DNA of 64,000 nucleotides from Marispirochaeta sp. GTDB lineage: Bacteria > Spirochaetota > Spirochaetia > JC444 > Marispirochaetaceae. Under the pieces are notes generated by a model, which worked only from the letters and a program-made list of their open reading frames with translations, made no database searches and was not told the DNA's origin. The stretch spans positions 704,001-768,000 of the forward strand of contig CAXXFF010000001.1 of NCBI GenBank assembly GCA_963676835.2, in the 5' to 3' direction. Below are positions 17,946 through 26,777 of this stretch, in pieces. Each line of letters starts with the position of its first letter. Position 1 is the first letter of the stretch. The position numbers and the translations under genes were made by a program.

Positions 17946-19084
17946 TCTGCTGCGGGCAGAGCTTCCCGGTTTTCAACCGGCCGGGCATAGGCACTCCAGG
18001 CATATTCCCTGACCTTTTCCGGCAGCCGTTTAAGACGGTTTACAATTTTCTCTTTTTCCGCCGCCGTATACTGGTCCGCATACTTGTCGGTGTTGTGCAG
18101 AATATCATAGGCGACATAGTTATTCGGCCAGAGTTTGTATCCCCGGTGAATAGCCTTGTCCAGAGCCACCGCCATATCCTTTTCGGAAGCAAACGCTCCG
18201 GAAAGGGGCTTACCGTAATGGTAGTGAACCCTGCCTTTATATCCCTTTATACCGGCATTCATACTGGCAAGATCTTCATACTTGCCCTTGGCATGGCCGC
18301 CCTTGTGCTCTTTACGGTAGAGCTCCCACGCCTTCATGCGGTCGCAGGGGTCAAACTCGTACGATACAGAGACAGGAACAATTCCATAACGATTTGCCAT
18401 TTCCGTATAGTCGACCCCGGTCTTACGGTGGCAGAGATAGAGCATCTTGAGTACCGCCGGATTGGTCCGGTCATCGCCGTTTTTGGCACGGCCTTCCCTC
18501 TGGGCAATCCAGACGGACTGCTTGTCAGCCAGGCGCGATGCTATGTAGCCTGAGAGGCGGATAGAGGATTTGAGCTGCTCCCGGGGAGGCAGTCCACGAT
18601 GAACAATAAAGCCGCGGTTGGCCCGGATAAGATCAGAAACAAGACCGTTTATAAGCAGGTTATCGCCGAAGGCAATCTCCGTAATGGGAAGATCCGCAAG
18701 GGAAAGAAAGTAGTTGATATAGGCCGGATCCAGGGTAATATCGCGGTGATTACTTATCAGCAGATAGCCCCGTCCCTTTTCCATATTCTCAAGACCATCA
18801 GCGGTAATTCCGTCGGTAGACTTTATGCGAATATGGTCGAGCACTATTCGAACAATTATATCCCGCTGAAACTGATGCACGGTTTTGATGTTACGTACCT
18901 GTTTTTTCAGATACATTATTACAAAAGGCTGAACCAGCTTGAACAGAACTTTATTCAGCTTTTTGAACTTTGCCCTGCGGACAAGTTCCAGGGCCCAGGG
19001 ATGACGGATTATCCGGTTAAGAACTTCCTGTATTTCTTCATCGTTATAGGGACGTATATCCCTGTAATCATCTTCCTGATCCAA
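17942..19084 (-). CDS. phospholipid/glycerol acyltransferase (PlsC-like)
   Basis: ISNHRDITLD (HX4D), IAFGDNL, WIAQREGRAKNGDD, VPVSVSYEFDP. TTG start with a GGAG RBS. Confidence 0.88.
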   Translation of the reverse strand: MDQEDDYRDIRPYNDEEIQEVLNRIIRHPWALELVRRAKFKKLNKVLFKLVQPFVIMYLKKQVRNIKTVHQFQRDIIVRIVLDHIRIKSTDGITADGLENMEKGRGYLLISNHRDITLDPAYINYFLSLADLPITEIAFGDNLLINGLVSDLIRANRGFIVHRGLPPREQLKSSIRLSGYIASRLADKQSVWIAQREGRAKNGDDRTNPAVLKMLYLCHRKTGVDYTEMANRYGIVPVSVSYEFDPCDRMKAWELYRKEHKGGHAKGKYEDLASMNAGIKGYKGRVHYHYGKPLSGAFASEKDMAVALDKAIHRGYKLWPNNYVAYDILHNTDKYADQYTAAEKEKIVNRLKRLPEKVREYAWSAYARPVENREALPAAE

Positions 19085-19085
19085 A

Positions 19086-19649
19086 CTATTCTCCTTCGTC
19101 CCCGCAGCTGCCGTTCATGGAAAACAGAACGGAAAAGCGTCTGGGGTTCTTTCTGCGCCAATCCAGAAACCTGCTGAACTCATCCTCAAAATTAGGGGTG
19201 AACAGACCGGTTCCGAGTTCATGCTCTATATCCTGTTCCGACCAGAATCGTCCTTCAGAGATCTCCTCCGGGCAGGGATCCGGTTCGGTTTCGGTGACAC
19301 AGATAAAACTTGAAATCATTTCAGATTCGAAGCTGTTGTGCATAATATACCGGTACATAAAACAGGGAGAAATCTCGTCAAGCCTCAGCTCTTCATGGGT
19401 TTCCCGGTAGAGCGCATCAAGATATTCCTCACCGGCAGAAATATGCCCGCCAACAGAGGTATCCCATTTACCGGGCTGCACCTGTTTCGCCATGCTTCTG
19501 CGCTGAAGATAGAGATCTCCCGCCTGATTAAAAACAAAAAGATGTACAGCCCGATGCAGGTTTTCGGGGTTGCCATGACAGTCTCCCCGAAGCGCTGTAC
19601 CGATAACCCGGTCATTTTCATCGACCAGGTCGAGAAGCTCATCCTGCAT
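19086..19649 (-). CDS. NUDIX hydrolase (IPP-isomerase-like subfamily)
   Basis: HRAVHLFVFN..GDLYLQRRS..K...PGKWDTSVGGH...GE......RETHEEL. Confidence 0.88.
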   Translation of the reverse strand: MQDELLDLVDENDRVIGTALRGDCHGNPENLHRAVHLFVFNQAGDLYLQRRSMAKQVQPGKWDTSVGGHISAGEEYLDALYRETHEELRLDEISPCFMYRYIMHNSFESEMISSFICVTETEPDPCPEEISEGRFWSEQDIEHELGTGLFTPNFEDEFSRFLDWRRKNPRRFSVLFSMNGSCGDEGE

Positions 19650-19659
19650 GATCAGAACC

Positions 19660-20643
19660 TCAGCTGATGCCTACCAGAGCTTTAATGTACTGGGAACGTT
19701 CGTATATTTCAGGATTTGCACTGGCTTCCTGACAGAGCTTGCCGCGGAAATCGTTGATACTGCTGTAGTTATGACGGGTCATCCACTCTTCAACTTCAAC
19801 GAGAATACGCTGAATGTAGCTGACACCGTTGCGGTAGAGGGTGGAACAGAGCTGGGTTGCCCGGGCGCCTACTAAAAGCTGCTTGACAACACCCTTACCA
19901 TCGTGGATTCCCGTGGCGGCGGCAAAGTGAATATCCATTTCGCCGGAAAGGAGTGCTATCCACTGCAGTGAGAGGGCCATCTCCTGGGGAACACTATACA
20001 CCTTGCCGGGAATAATCTTCATATTCTCAATATCAACATCGGGCCGGTAAAAACGGTTGAACAGAACCACGCCGTCGGCACCGTTGTTTTCAAAACGGCG
20101 GATAACATTGGCCATTCCGGAAAAATGTGAACCCACCTTCAAGGCTACCGGTACAGTTACATGCTTTTTAACTTCCTTGAGGATTTCGATATAGCGGTCC
20201 TCAATTGCCTGGCTGTTCTGATCAGCATCGCCGGGCATAATAAAAACATTCACTTCCAGGGCATCAATGCCGGCTTTTTCAAGCTTGCCCGCATACTCAA
20301 TCCAGCTTCCGGAAGTTACACAGTTAACACTGCCGATAACCGGAATGGAAACCCGGGATTTCGCCTCTTCGATAAGTTCCACGTAGGCGTCAATATGCTG
20401 GTTCTTACTGGCACTGGTAACAAAATCAAAACCGTCGGTATGAGACATATAGTTCATACTCTGCAGAAGCTCCGCAGTATCAACATTAATCTGCTCTTCG
20501 AATAGACTCTTGATAACCACTGCACCGGCACCGGCTTTCTCGCATTCTGCAATCTTATCTGCCCTGGAAGTCATACCGGAACTTGCGACAATTATCGGGT
20601 TGCGCAGGTTCAGTCCCATATAGTTTGTTGAAAGATCAATCAT
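19660..20643 (-). CDS. dihydroorotate dehydrogenase-like flavoprotein
   Basis: YMGLNLRNPIIVASS, AGAVVIKSLFEEQI, DGVVLFNRFYRPD and YERSQYIKAL are typical of the DHOD-like subfamily. Confidence 0.88.
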   Translation of the reverse strand: MIDLSTNYMGLNLRNPIIVASSGMTSRADKIAECEKAGAGAVVIKSLFEEQINVDTAELLQSMNYMSHTDGFDFVTSASKNQHIDAYVELIEEAKSRVSIPVIGSVNCVTSGSWIEYAGKLEKAGIDALEVNVFIMPGDADQNSQAIEDRYIEILKEVKKHVTVPVALKVGSHFSGMANVIRRFENNGADGVVLFNRFYRPDVDIENMKIIPGKVYSVPQEMALSLQWIALLSGEMDIHFAAATGIHDGKGVVKQLLVGARATQLCSTLYRNGVSYIQRILVEVEEWMTRHNYSSINDFRGKLCQEASANPEIYERSQYIKALVGIS

Positions 20644-20796
20644 AAATCCCCCGAATAATCAAAAATTCAGCCACAGACCGGCAGAAAACTGCTGTCCATG
20701 GTTAATCCTCATCCAGTATAAAGCCTCAAACAGGGCCTTGGAAAGGTAAAATCGTACAAAACCGGGTGAAAAGTCCGGTAAATAAAGATAAAAAGC

Positions 20797-20830
20797 TAAA
20801 AAAAGAGGCTCCGGCAATGGGAGCCCCTTC
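20797..20830 (-). terminator. intrinsic terminator after rpsU
   Basis: Minus strand reads GGGGCTCC-cattgcc-GGAGCCTC-TTTTTTT. Confidence 0.75.
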
Positions 20831-20869
20831 AGCACGCGCATTAGACGCGTATAAGCATATTTCCAAAAA

Positions 20870-21079
20870 TCAGTAGTTCTTGGAGGCCTGAATCTTGCGC
20901 AGTTTTTTCATCTGCTTCCGCTCCATGGCCTTTTTCTTGCGGTTTTTGATGGTGGAAGGCTTTTCAAAATATTCCCGCTTCTTCCATTCACGGATAATGC
21001 CCTCTTTCTCTACCATGCGCTTGAAACGCTTGATTGCCTTTTCCAGGGGCTCGCCTTCATCAATCTTTATATTGGCGAT
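20870..21079 (-). CDS. rpsU: 30S ribosomal protein S21 (non-canonical ATC start)
   Basis: Missed by the ORF track. Translates as (M)[78 protein letters not shown] lies 6 nt before ATC. Confidence 0.95.
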   Translation of the reverse strand: MANIKIDEGEPLEKAIKRFKRMVEKEGIIREWKKREYFEKPSTIKNRKKKAMERKQMKKLRKIQASKNY

Positions 21080-21124
21080 AGAAAATCACCTCCCTCCGCC
21101 GTAAATATACATGCGATGGCCGTA

Positions 21125-21153
21125 ATTAAAGCGGAATTCAGGGGGAGTGTCAA
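21125..21153 (-). promoter_or_regulatory. sigma70 promoter for rpsU
   Basis: Minus strand TTGACA-N17-TTTAAT, about 45 nt upstream of the start codon. Confidence 0.6.
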
Positions 21154-21202
21154 GATTACAGAAAAAGCAGCTGTACAATGTAAAAAGCAGTTATGAAACT
21201 GT

Positions 21203-22117
21203 CTATTCCAGATTAACCGCTATCTCAACCCGCCGGTTGAGGCCTCTTCCCTCGGGAGCAACTGTATCGCCGATGGTTACAGCACCACCCTTCCAGGTTA
21301 CTTCATCGATGGCTATTCCGGCACCGGCCAGGTATTCCGCCAGTGTTTCTGCTCGCAGATGGGACAGTTCCATCAACTCAGCTTCTTCATTGCTTTTGCC
21401 TGTGGGGTTGGCGTGGCCGGTAATGGATATACTTTTGTAATTGAGTTCTTGCAGTTCTTTCAAAAGAGTATCACTAAGGGTGACAAGCCCGCTTTTCTGG
21501 CTTTCCGACAGGGCTGCATCATCGGGTATAAAGTTTACAATCATTATAAGCACCCGGTTGTCGTCAAAACGGACCAGGATATCCTCCGCCCGGTAGTCCT
21601 GCAGTTTCAACTCTTTCAGACGGCGCTCGACCATAAAAGCCTGATCAACTTCCTCTGAAGAGACCTTTTCATACAGTCTGCCGCTGTCATATTCAAGCTC
21701 TTCTTCATAACGGTAGAGGGCGCTCTTTATCAGGCTGTCACCGCAGTCTTCACAGTATTTCATAAGAATCCAGTACTGATCCCCTTCCTGATACTTTTCA
21801 ACCAGCTCTGCGCCTCTCAGGGTGTTATGACCGAAGAAGGAGTCCATCTTTTCATTGGCTACTTCCCTGCCCCCGGCGGATGAGCTCTCCATGGTAATTA
21901 CCGCCTTGACCCGGCTGCAGAGCTGCATCAGGATCTCCTGCTTCGCAAGATTCGACGCTTCAACCTCACTGGCGGCATGGCCTACTCCCCAGAAAGCATC
22001 ATCCGTAAAGGGCAGACGGTCGGTCCATTCAGGGCGGTCTGCAAAGAGGAAAATGGAAGTGAAAAGAATAAAAATGACCACAAGCAGGCTTCTACACCTG
22101 TTTTTACAACTAAACAT
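21203..22117 (-). CDS. exported protein with an LPP20-like N-domain and an OmpA-like peptidoglycan-binding C-domain
   Basis: Signal peptide; RPEW...FWGVG.A......A.QEI; ISITGHANP...LSHLRAETLAEYL...NRRVEI. Confidence 0.75.
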   Translation of the reverse strand: MFSCKNRCRSLLVVIFILFTSIFLFADRPEWTDRLPFTDDAFWGVGHAASEVEASNLAKQEILMQLCSRVKAVITMESSSAGGREVANEKMDSFFGHNTLRGAELVEKYQEGDQYWILMKYCEDCGDSLIKSALYRYEEELEYDSGRLYEKVSSEEVDQAFMVERRLKELKLQDYRAEDILVRFDDNRVLIMIVNFIPDDAALSESQKSGLVTLSDTLLKELQELNYKSISITGHANPTGKSNEEAELMELSHLRAETLAEYLAGAGIAIDEVTWKGGAVTIGDTVAPEGRGLNRRVEIAVNLE

Positions 22118-22221
22118 TAAGAATCTCCGGCTTTTGTATCTACCTTATGCCTTTTTTACACCTTTATTTTTACACCCATTTTCAGCTCCCGTAAAGCAGG
22201 AAAGCCTACCGGAGGGTACAA

Positions 22222-23103
22222 TCAGGGGATTCGTATTACCGGACGGTTGAGAAACAGCAGGGGATCCACGGGAACACCATTAATGCGGAGCTCCCAGTGC
22301 AGGTGGGCACCGGTGGCAAGTCCGCTTATGCCGCTTTCGGCAATAATTTCCCCCTGTTCAACCCGGCTGCCTTCTGCTGCGATAAGCTTGTCCAGATGGT
22401 AATAGAGGGTATAAACACCGGGGCCGTGTTCAACAACCATGGTGTATCCGGTGAGCATTCTCTCTGCAGCAAGAACAACCTCTCCGCCGGCGGGGGCTTT
22501 TACCGGGGTGCCTACAGGAACTGCATAATCAATACCGTAATGGAGGGATCTGCTGCTTTCACCGCCGGAGTAGCGGAAAATCCTGCGGTCACCGTAGTGA
22601 CTGCTCTCCCGGGCTTCGCCCACGGGCAGCATAAATGCGGAGGATGGCGCGGCTTCTGGATTGAAGCTTGAGAGAAGTTCCCAGAGAAGCCTGGATTCCC
22701 GTGCTTTTCTGGGATCATCGCTCTGCCTTAAGGAAGACATACTGCCGTTAAGGGGGATCTCCTCAGTTATAAAATCCCGTAGAGCAAAACCGACTTCGGC
22801 TGTCTCCCTGCGGCCGTTCTCAAACTGCAGTTCCACCCTGCCTGCGGGCTCCCGGGTATCACAGGGAACAGGCAGCAGAAGCAGGCGGTGCTCCCCGGCA
22901 AGAGAAAACACCTCGCCTGTTGATAGTTTTCTATCGTCCCCGTACAGAACCGCAGAGAGAATCCCCTCATCGGCATGAGCTTTAACGGTGACCATACCCC
23001 CGGGAGAACAGAGGCTGGTATCCAGCTCCCAGGAAAAAAGCCTCAGGCTGAGGAATAGAGCAAAAACAACAACAGAAACACTTTTTGATACTGAGTTCTT
23101 CAA
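22222..23103 (-). CDS. M23 family metallopeptidase
   Basis: HYGIDYA and TGAHLHWE motifs; signal peptide. Confidence 0.92.
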   Translation of the reverse strand: MKNSVSKSVSVVVFALFLSLRLFSWELDTSLCSPGGMVTVKAHADEGILSAVLYGDDRKLSTGEVFSLAGEHRLLLLPVPCDTREPAGRVELQFENGRRETAEVGFALRDFITEEIPLNGSMSSLRQSDDPRKARESRLLWELLSSFNPEAAPSSAFMLPVGEARESSHYGDRRIFRYSGGESSRSLHYGIDYAVPVGTPVKAPAGGEVVLAAERMLTGYTMVVEHGPGVYTLYYHLDKLIAAEGSRVEQGEIIAESGISGLATGAHLHWELRINGVPVDPLLFLNRPVIRIP

Positions 23104-23115
23104 TTGATAGCAGCC

Positions 23116-25278
23116 TTAAGATTCCGGTACAACCGGGACATTCTCTATACGTACATCCTTCGGCCGGCACAGATCGAGTACAGTTAACTGCAGGGTTTCT
23201 GCATTATTAAAGTAGTTTCTCCCCAGGCGGAAAGCCACATCCACCGTGTCCCCCACCTCAAAATCATCACCCAGCCGTGGCGCGGCATTCCAGTAAACCG
23301 CAGGCCATTTGTGGCTCCCCGATTCCAGCAGGAGTTTCAGGTGAACAACCTCTTTCCGGCCCATGGGGTCGGCGGATACAATCTTCATACCTCTGGCCAG
23401 AAACACCAGGGGCTGATTTCCCTCCCCATAGGGTTCAAAACTCTCCTGAATTTTGATCAGATCCGGATTCATATAGGAGGGAGGAAGCTCCGCATCAATA
23501 AGCAGCGACTCTTCCGGAGTCTCAACGGGGGTGATATTCTTTGCAAAGGTTCTTACCCTGTGGGAAAATGTTTCAAAATTCTCTTCGGGCATGGAAAATC
23601 CTCCGGCACAGTCATGGCCGCCGAAGTCTATAAACAGGTCGGAAAAATTCGCCATAAAATCCCGCACGTTGAAAGGCGGAGCACAGCGCATGGAGCCTAC
23701 AGCCTTGCCGTCAAAATGGGCGACAACCATGGCGGGGACCTTCATGGTATTTGAAAGCCGGGAAGCGAGAATGCCGGTAATACCCCGGTGAATCGAGCTG
23801 TCAGAAATAACCACCAGATTTTCCCCGTGCTCTTCAAGGCTTTTCTTTGTTTTGGGAAACACTTTTGCCCAGACGGTTTCCCCCAGCTTACGCCGCTCTT
23901 TGTTCAGGTTCTCAACTTCCTGAGCAAGCTCCTTCAGCTGATCTTCTTCATCCGCAAGCAGGAGCCTGACTGCGGTGTCCGGTCTTCCCAAACGGCCTGT
24001 TGCATTTATCGAAGGACTGAGCTGCCAGGATATGTCAGTGGTTCCAAGCCTCTTTCCAAGCAGGTTCTTCTGAAAAAGCAGCTCCCGAAGCCCTTTGCGG
24101 CCGGTTACGTTGAGAACCTTCAGTCCCTGACGTACGAGAATACGATTCTCATCAACCAGGGGCATAAGATCGGCTAAAGTACCCAGGGCAACCAGATCGA
24201 GACTTCCGGGGTAATCCTCCGCCAGAGACGGTGTTTTCCGGCTTACAAAGCTGCGGAACAGATTGGCCAGAACATCGATCTCTTCCAGCCCCTTCTCTTC
24301 GTACTTACCCAGCCGGCTTTTTTCACGCAGAGAGAGAAGACTGTCCCCCTTTCCCCGCAGGGAAGGAAAGGTTTTTTCTATCTCCGGCTTGAGATCATTG
24401 AGGCCGATGAGGGTATCGGGACCGAAGATTTTCCTGAGCATCCGCTCCTGAAGCTCCGCGTCATACACCAGAATTTCCTCACCTTCAAGAAAACGGTAGA
24501 GTCTGGTATCGGAAAGCCCCACCATGCCGGAGTTGAGGGTTTCGGTAATTCTTTCGGTTTCCACAAGGTTCACAAGGCGCACAGCATCGATAAAATAGCT
24601 GTCATTTCCAGGGCGTACATTCAGAAGACAGACCGACTGATTATAGAAAGGGGACCGGGAAAAATAGAGGGCCCATACAAGCTTGGAAACAACTCCGCAG
24701 CCCGCAAGATCACGAAAGGGATATCCCGAATCCTCGATCTTGGGATTGATTATGGCCACAGCCGGGGGCAGCTCTTCCGGAGGATTATGGTGATCCACCA
24801 CAATGGTCTCAATTCCCAGTTCAAGACCCCGTTCAATCTCCTGCTTATTGGATATTCCGCAGTCAACGGTAATAATAAGGGTTCCGTCCCTGCTGCCGAA
24901 ATCCTCAACGGTCTCCATATTAAGACCGTAGGGATCATCCCCCATGGGGACACGCCATTCGACATCGCCGCCGAGATTCCGCAGGGTCTGGGTTATCAGC
25001 ACCGTCGAGGTAATTCCGTCAACATCACGGTCACCGAAAACCAGGATCTTCTCACCCTCTTCAAACGCCCGGTGAATCCTGTCCACCGCATCCTCCATCT
25101 CAACAAAAAGAAAAGGATTATGGGTAAACATAAGATCATCTTCGAGAACAAACTTTATGTCTGACCGTCTGTGGAGATTTCTCCGTACGAGAATCGAAGA
25201 AAGCAGCAGGTCCAGGCCGTATTCATCGGCAACCTTGCGGACCAGCCCGCCTTCTATCTCTTTTTTTTGCCAAAGCAT
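23116..25278 (-). CDS. recJ: ssDNA-specific exonuclease RecJ, with an internal insertion
   Basis: GDRDVDG, ITVDCG, VDHH, LAGCGV, ALGTLADLMPL, INATGRL and FGGHDCAGG motifs. Confidence 0.95.
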   Translation of the reverse strand: MLWQKKEIEGGLVRKVADEYGLDLLLSSILVRRNLHRRSDIKFVLEDDLMFTHNPFLFVEMEDAVDRIHRAFEEGEKILVFGDRDVDGITSTVLITQTLRNLGGDVEWRVPMGDDPYGLNMETVEDFGSRDGTLIITVDCGISNKQEIERGLELGIETIVVDHHNPPEELPPAVAIINPKIEDSGYPFRDLAGCGVVSKLVWALYFSRSPFYNQSVCLLNVRPGNDSYFIDAVRLVNLVETERITETLNSGMVGLSDTRLYRFLEGEEILVYDAELQERMLRKIFGPDTLIGLNDLKPEIEKTFPSLRGKGDSLLSLREKSRLGKYEEKGLEEIDVLANLFRSFVSRKTPSLAEDYPGSLDLVALGTLADLMPLVDENRILVRQGLKVLNVTGRKGLRELLFQKNLLGKRLGTTDISWQLSPSINATGRLGRPDTAVRLLLADEEDQLKELAQEVENLNKERRKLGETVWAKVFPKTKKSLEEHGENLVVISDSSIHRGITGILASRLSNTMKVPAMVVAHFDGKAVGSMRCAPPFNVRDFMANFSDLFIDFGGHDCAGGFSMPEENFETFSHRVRTFAKNITPVETPEESLLIDAELPPSYMNPDLIKIQESFEPYGEGNQPLVFLARGMKIVSADPMGRKEVVHLKLLLESGSHKWPAVYWNAAPRLGDDFEVGDTVDVAFRLGRNYFNNAETLQLTVLDLCRPKDVRIENVPVVPES

Positions 25279-25313
25279 CTATATACAACTCCGTAGAACT
25301 TATTACCATACTG

Positions 25314-25904
25314 TTAATCTGCCCGGCCGTGCCCGCCGAGAAGAAATGTCCCTTCCGGGTAGTACCGTGCTCCGGCGGGGGTAAGCTCGGAACGGTATAG
25401 AATAACCCGGTCTGCCTGGAACCAGGAATCTGACCCGCCGCCGATGGGGGGCAGAGTCGCCTTATCAACCACAATGCCCCGCCGTCCCCGTACCCGGGCC
25501 AGGGTAATATGGGGGCTGTAGGAAGCCTCCCGTTTTGCTAACCCTGCTTTTACCAGGGGCCCTTCAAAGATCCGGTACAGTTTCAGAAGATCACCTTTTG
25601 TATCCGCCAGATTCAGAGTAAGCCCCCGGGCCCGCTCAAAGGATGGGAAGGCCCCTAATTCTTCTGCGGTAAACTGTACCGGCTTTGCCTTTTCTGCCGT
25701 TTCTGCAAGGATACGTTGCAGATTCTTCAGCTGCAGAGGATCTGTATTACCCAGAAAATGGAGGGTAATGTGCAGTTCATACTTACCTATTAACCGCAGA
25801 TTCGGCTGTCTGATTTTACGAATCTGATTCTGCAGTGAATATACCTGTTTTTTCAGCTGTGGACTGAGTGGAAAGGCGGTAAAAAGGCGGATGGAATTAT
25901 TCAC
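25314..25904 (-). CDS. thpR: RNA 2',3'-cyclic phosphodiesterase (2H family)
   Basis: RLFTA, two HxT motifs (LHITLHFLG, PHITLAR), LYRSELTPAGARY. Confidence 0.9.
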   Translation of the reverse strand: MNNSIRLFTAFPLSPQLKKQVYSLQNQIRKIRQPNLRLIGKYELHITLHFLGNTDPLQLKNLQRILAETAEKAKPVQFTAEELGAFPSFERARGLTLNLADTKGDLLKLYRIFEGPLVKAGLAKREASYSPHITLARVRGRRGIVVDKATLPPIGGGSDSWFQADRVILYRSELTPAGARYYPEGTFLLGGHGRAD

Positions 25905-26686
25905 GACTGCACTCCCGCACTGGAATAGAGATCAAAAGAGAAATAGGCATTAAAAGAACGCACTTTGCGCTGCAGGGTACTGTCCAGAACCGCAGAAAGC
26001 ATCTGTACCAGCCCCCGGGACAGTTCTCCATCCGGGACTATCTCTATAGCCCGGGAAAGGGGCAGTTCAAGAGCGCGGTCCATATAACGCCTCATGCCGG
26101 GGGATACCAGTGGATCATTCGGATCGGAGCACCCACTGCAGCAGAAACCCTCATCCTTGAGACTGACCGACGTGGTTTCATCCCGGCGAAACAGAGTCCC
26201 GCAGCGGGCACACTCATCACCGTATCCGAGAAAACCGGAATGGGCCAGAAAGCGGATAAGAAACTGAAAAACAGCACGGCGGCAGCCGTCATTGTCTGAG
26301 CGGTTAAGCAGCCTTAAGGTGCTGCGCAGAAGCCCGTAGGGATAGCTGTAATCCGGGCCGCCGCCGGCGAAGGCTGCAATCATTACCTCAGCCGTCAGGG
26401 CTGCGGCATAGCTGCGGTAAAGCTCGGCCCGGATGCCCTCATAGCTTTCAAGGACATCAATATCCGATACTTTGTACTGGTTCTTCACCGGATTACGGTA
26501 AAGCTGAATCCGTGCACTGGAATACGGGTCACTGGTACCGACAAGCCGGCTCTTGCCTTTACAGGCACCGTAGGCAACTGCTTTGAGAAGACCCAGTTCA
26601 GGGCTCAGCAGTTCCAGCTGTTTATGGTAATCCCCAAATCTGGAGGCCCGCAAAATAAGGGCTTCCGTTGCTCCGGCGCGGCTCAT
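25901..26686 (-). CDS. recO: DNA repair protein RecO
   Basis: TEALILR...GDYHK.LELLSPELG...AVAYGA.K.KSRL and a CxxC...CxxC zinc finger. The start at 26686 avoids overlap with lon. Confidence 0.9.
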   Translation of the reverse strand: MSRAGATEALILRASRFGDYHKQLELLSPELGLLKAVAYGACKGKSRLVGTSDPYSSARIQLYRNPVKNQYKVSDIDVLESYEGIRAELYRSYAAALTAEVMIAAFAGGGPDYSYPYGLLRSTLRLLNRSDNDGCRRAVFQFLIRFLAHSGFLGYGDECARCGTLFRRDETTSVSLKDEGFCCSGCSDPNDPLVSPGMRRYMDRALELPLSRAIEIVPDGELSRGLVQMLSAVLDSTLQRKVRSFNAYFSFDLYSSAGVQS

Positions 26687-26777
26687 CAGGAGAGCATCAT
26701 ACATCTTTCTATTGATGATTTCAATAAATCTTTGTACCTTATACACCCGCGAAGGATATCCATCTAATGAGGTTCCC

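Noticed and set aside
20895..21104. 69-aa plus-strand ORF in the track
   Set aside because: Antisense to the clearly recognisable rpsU.
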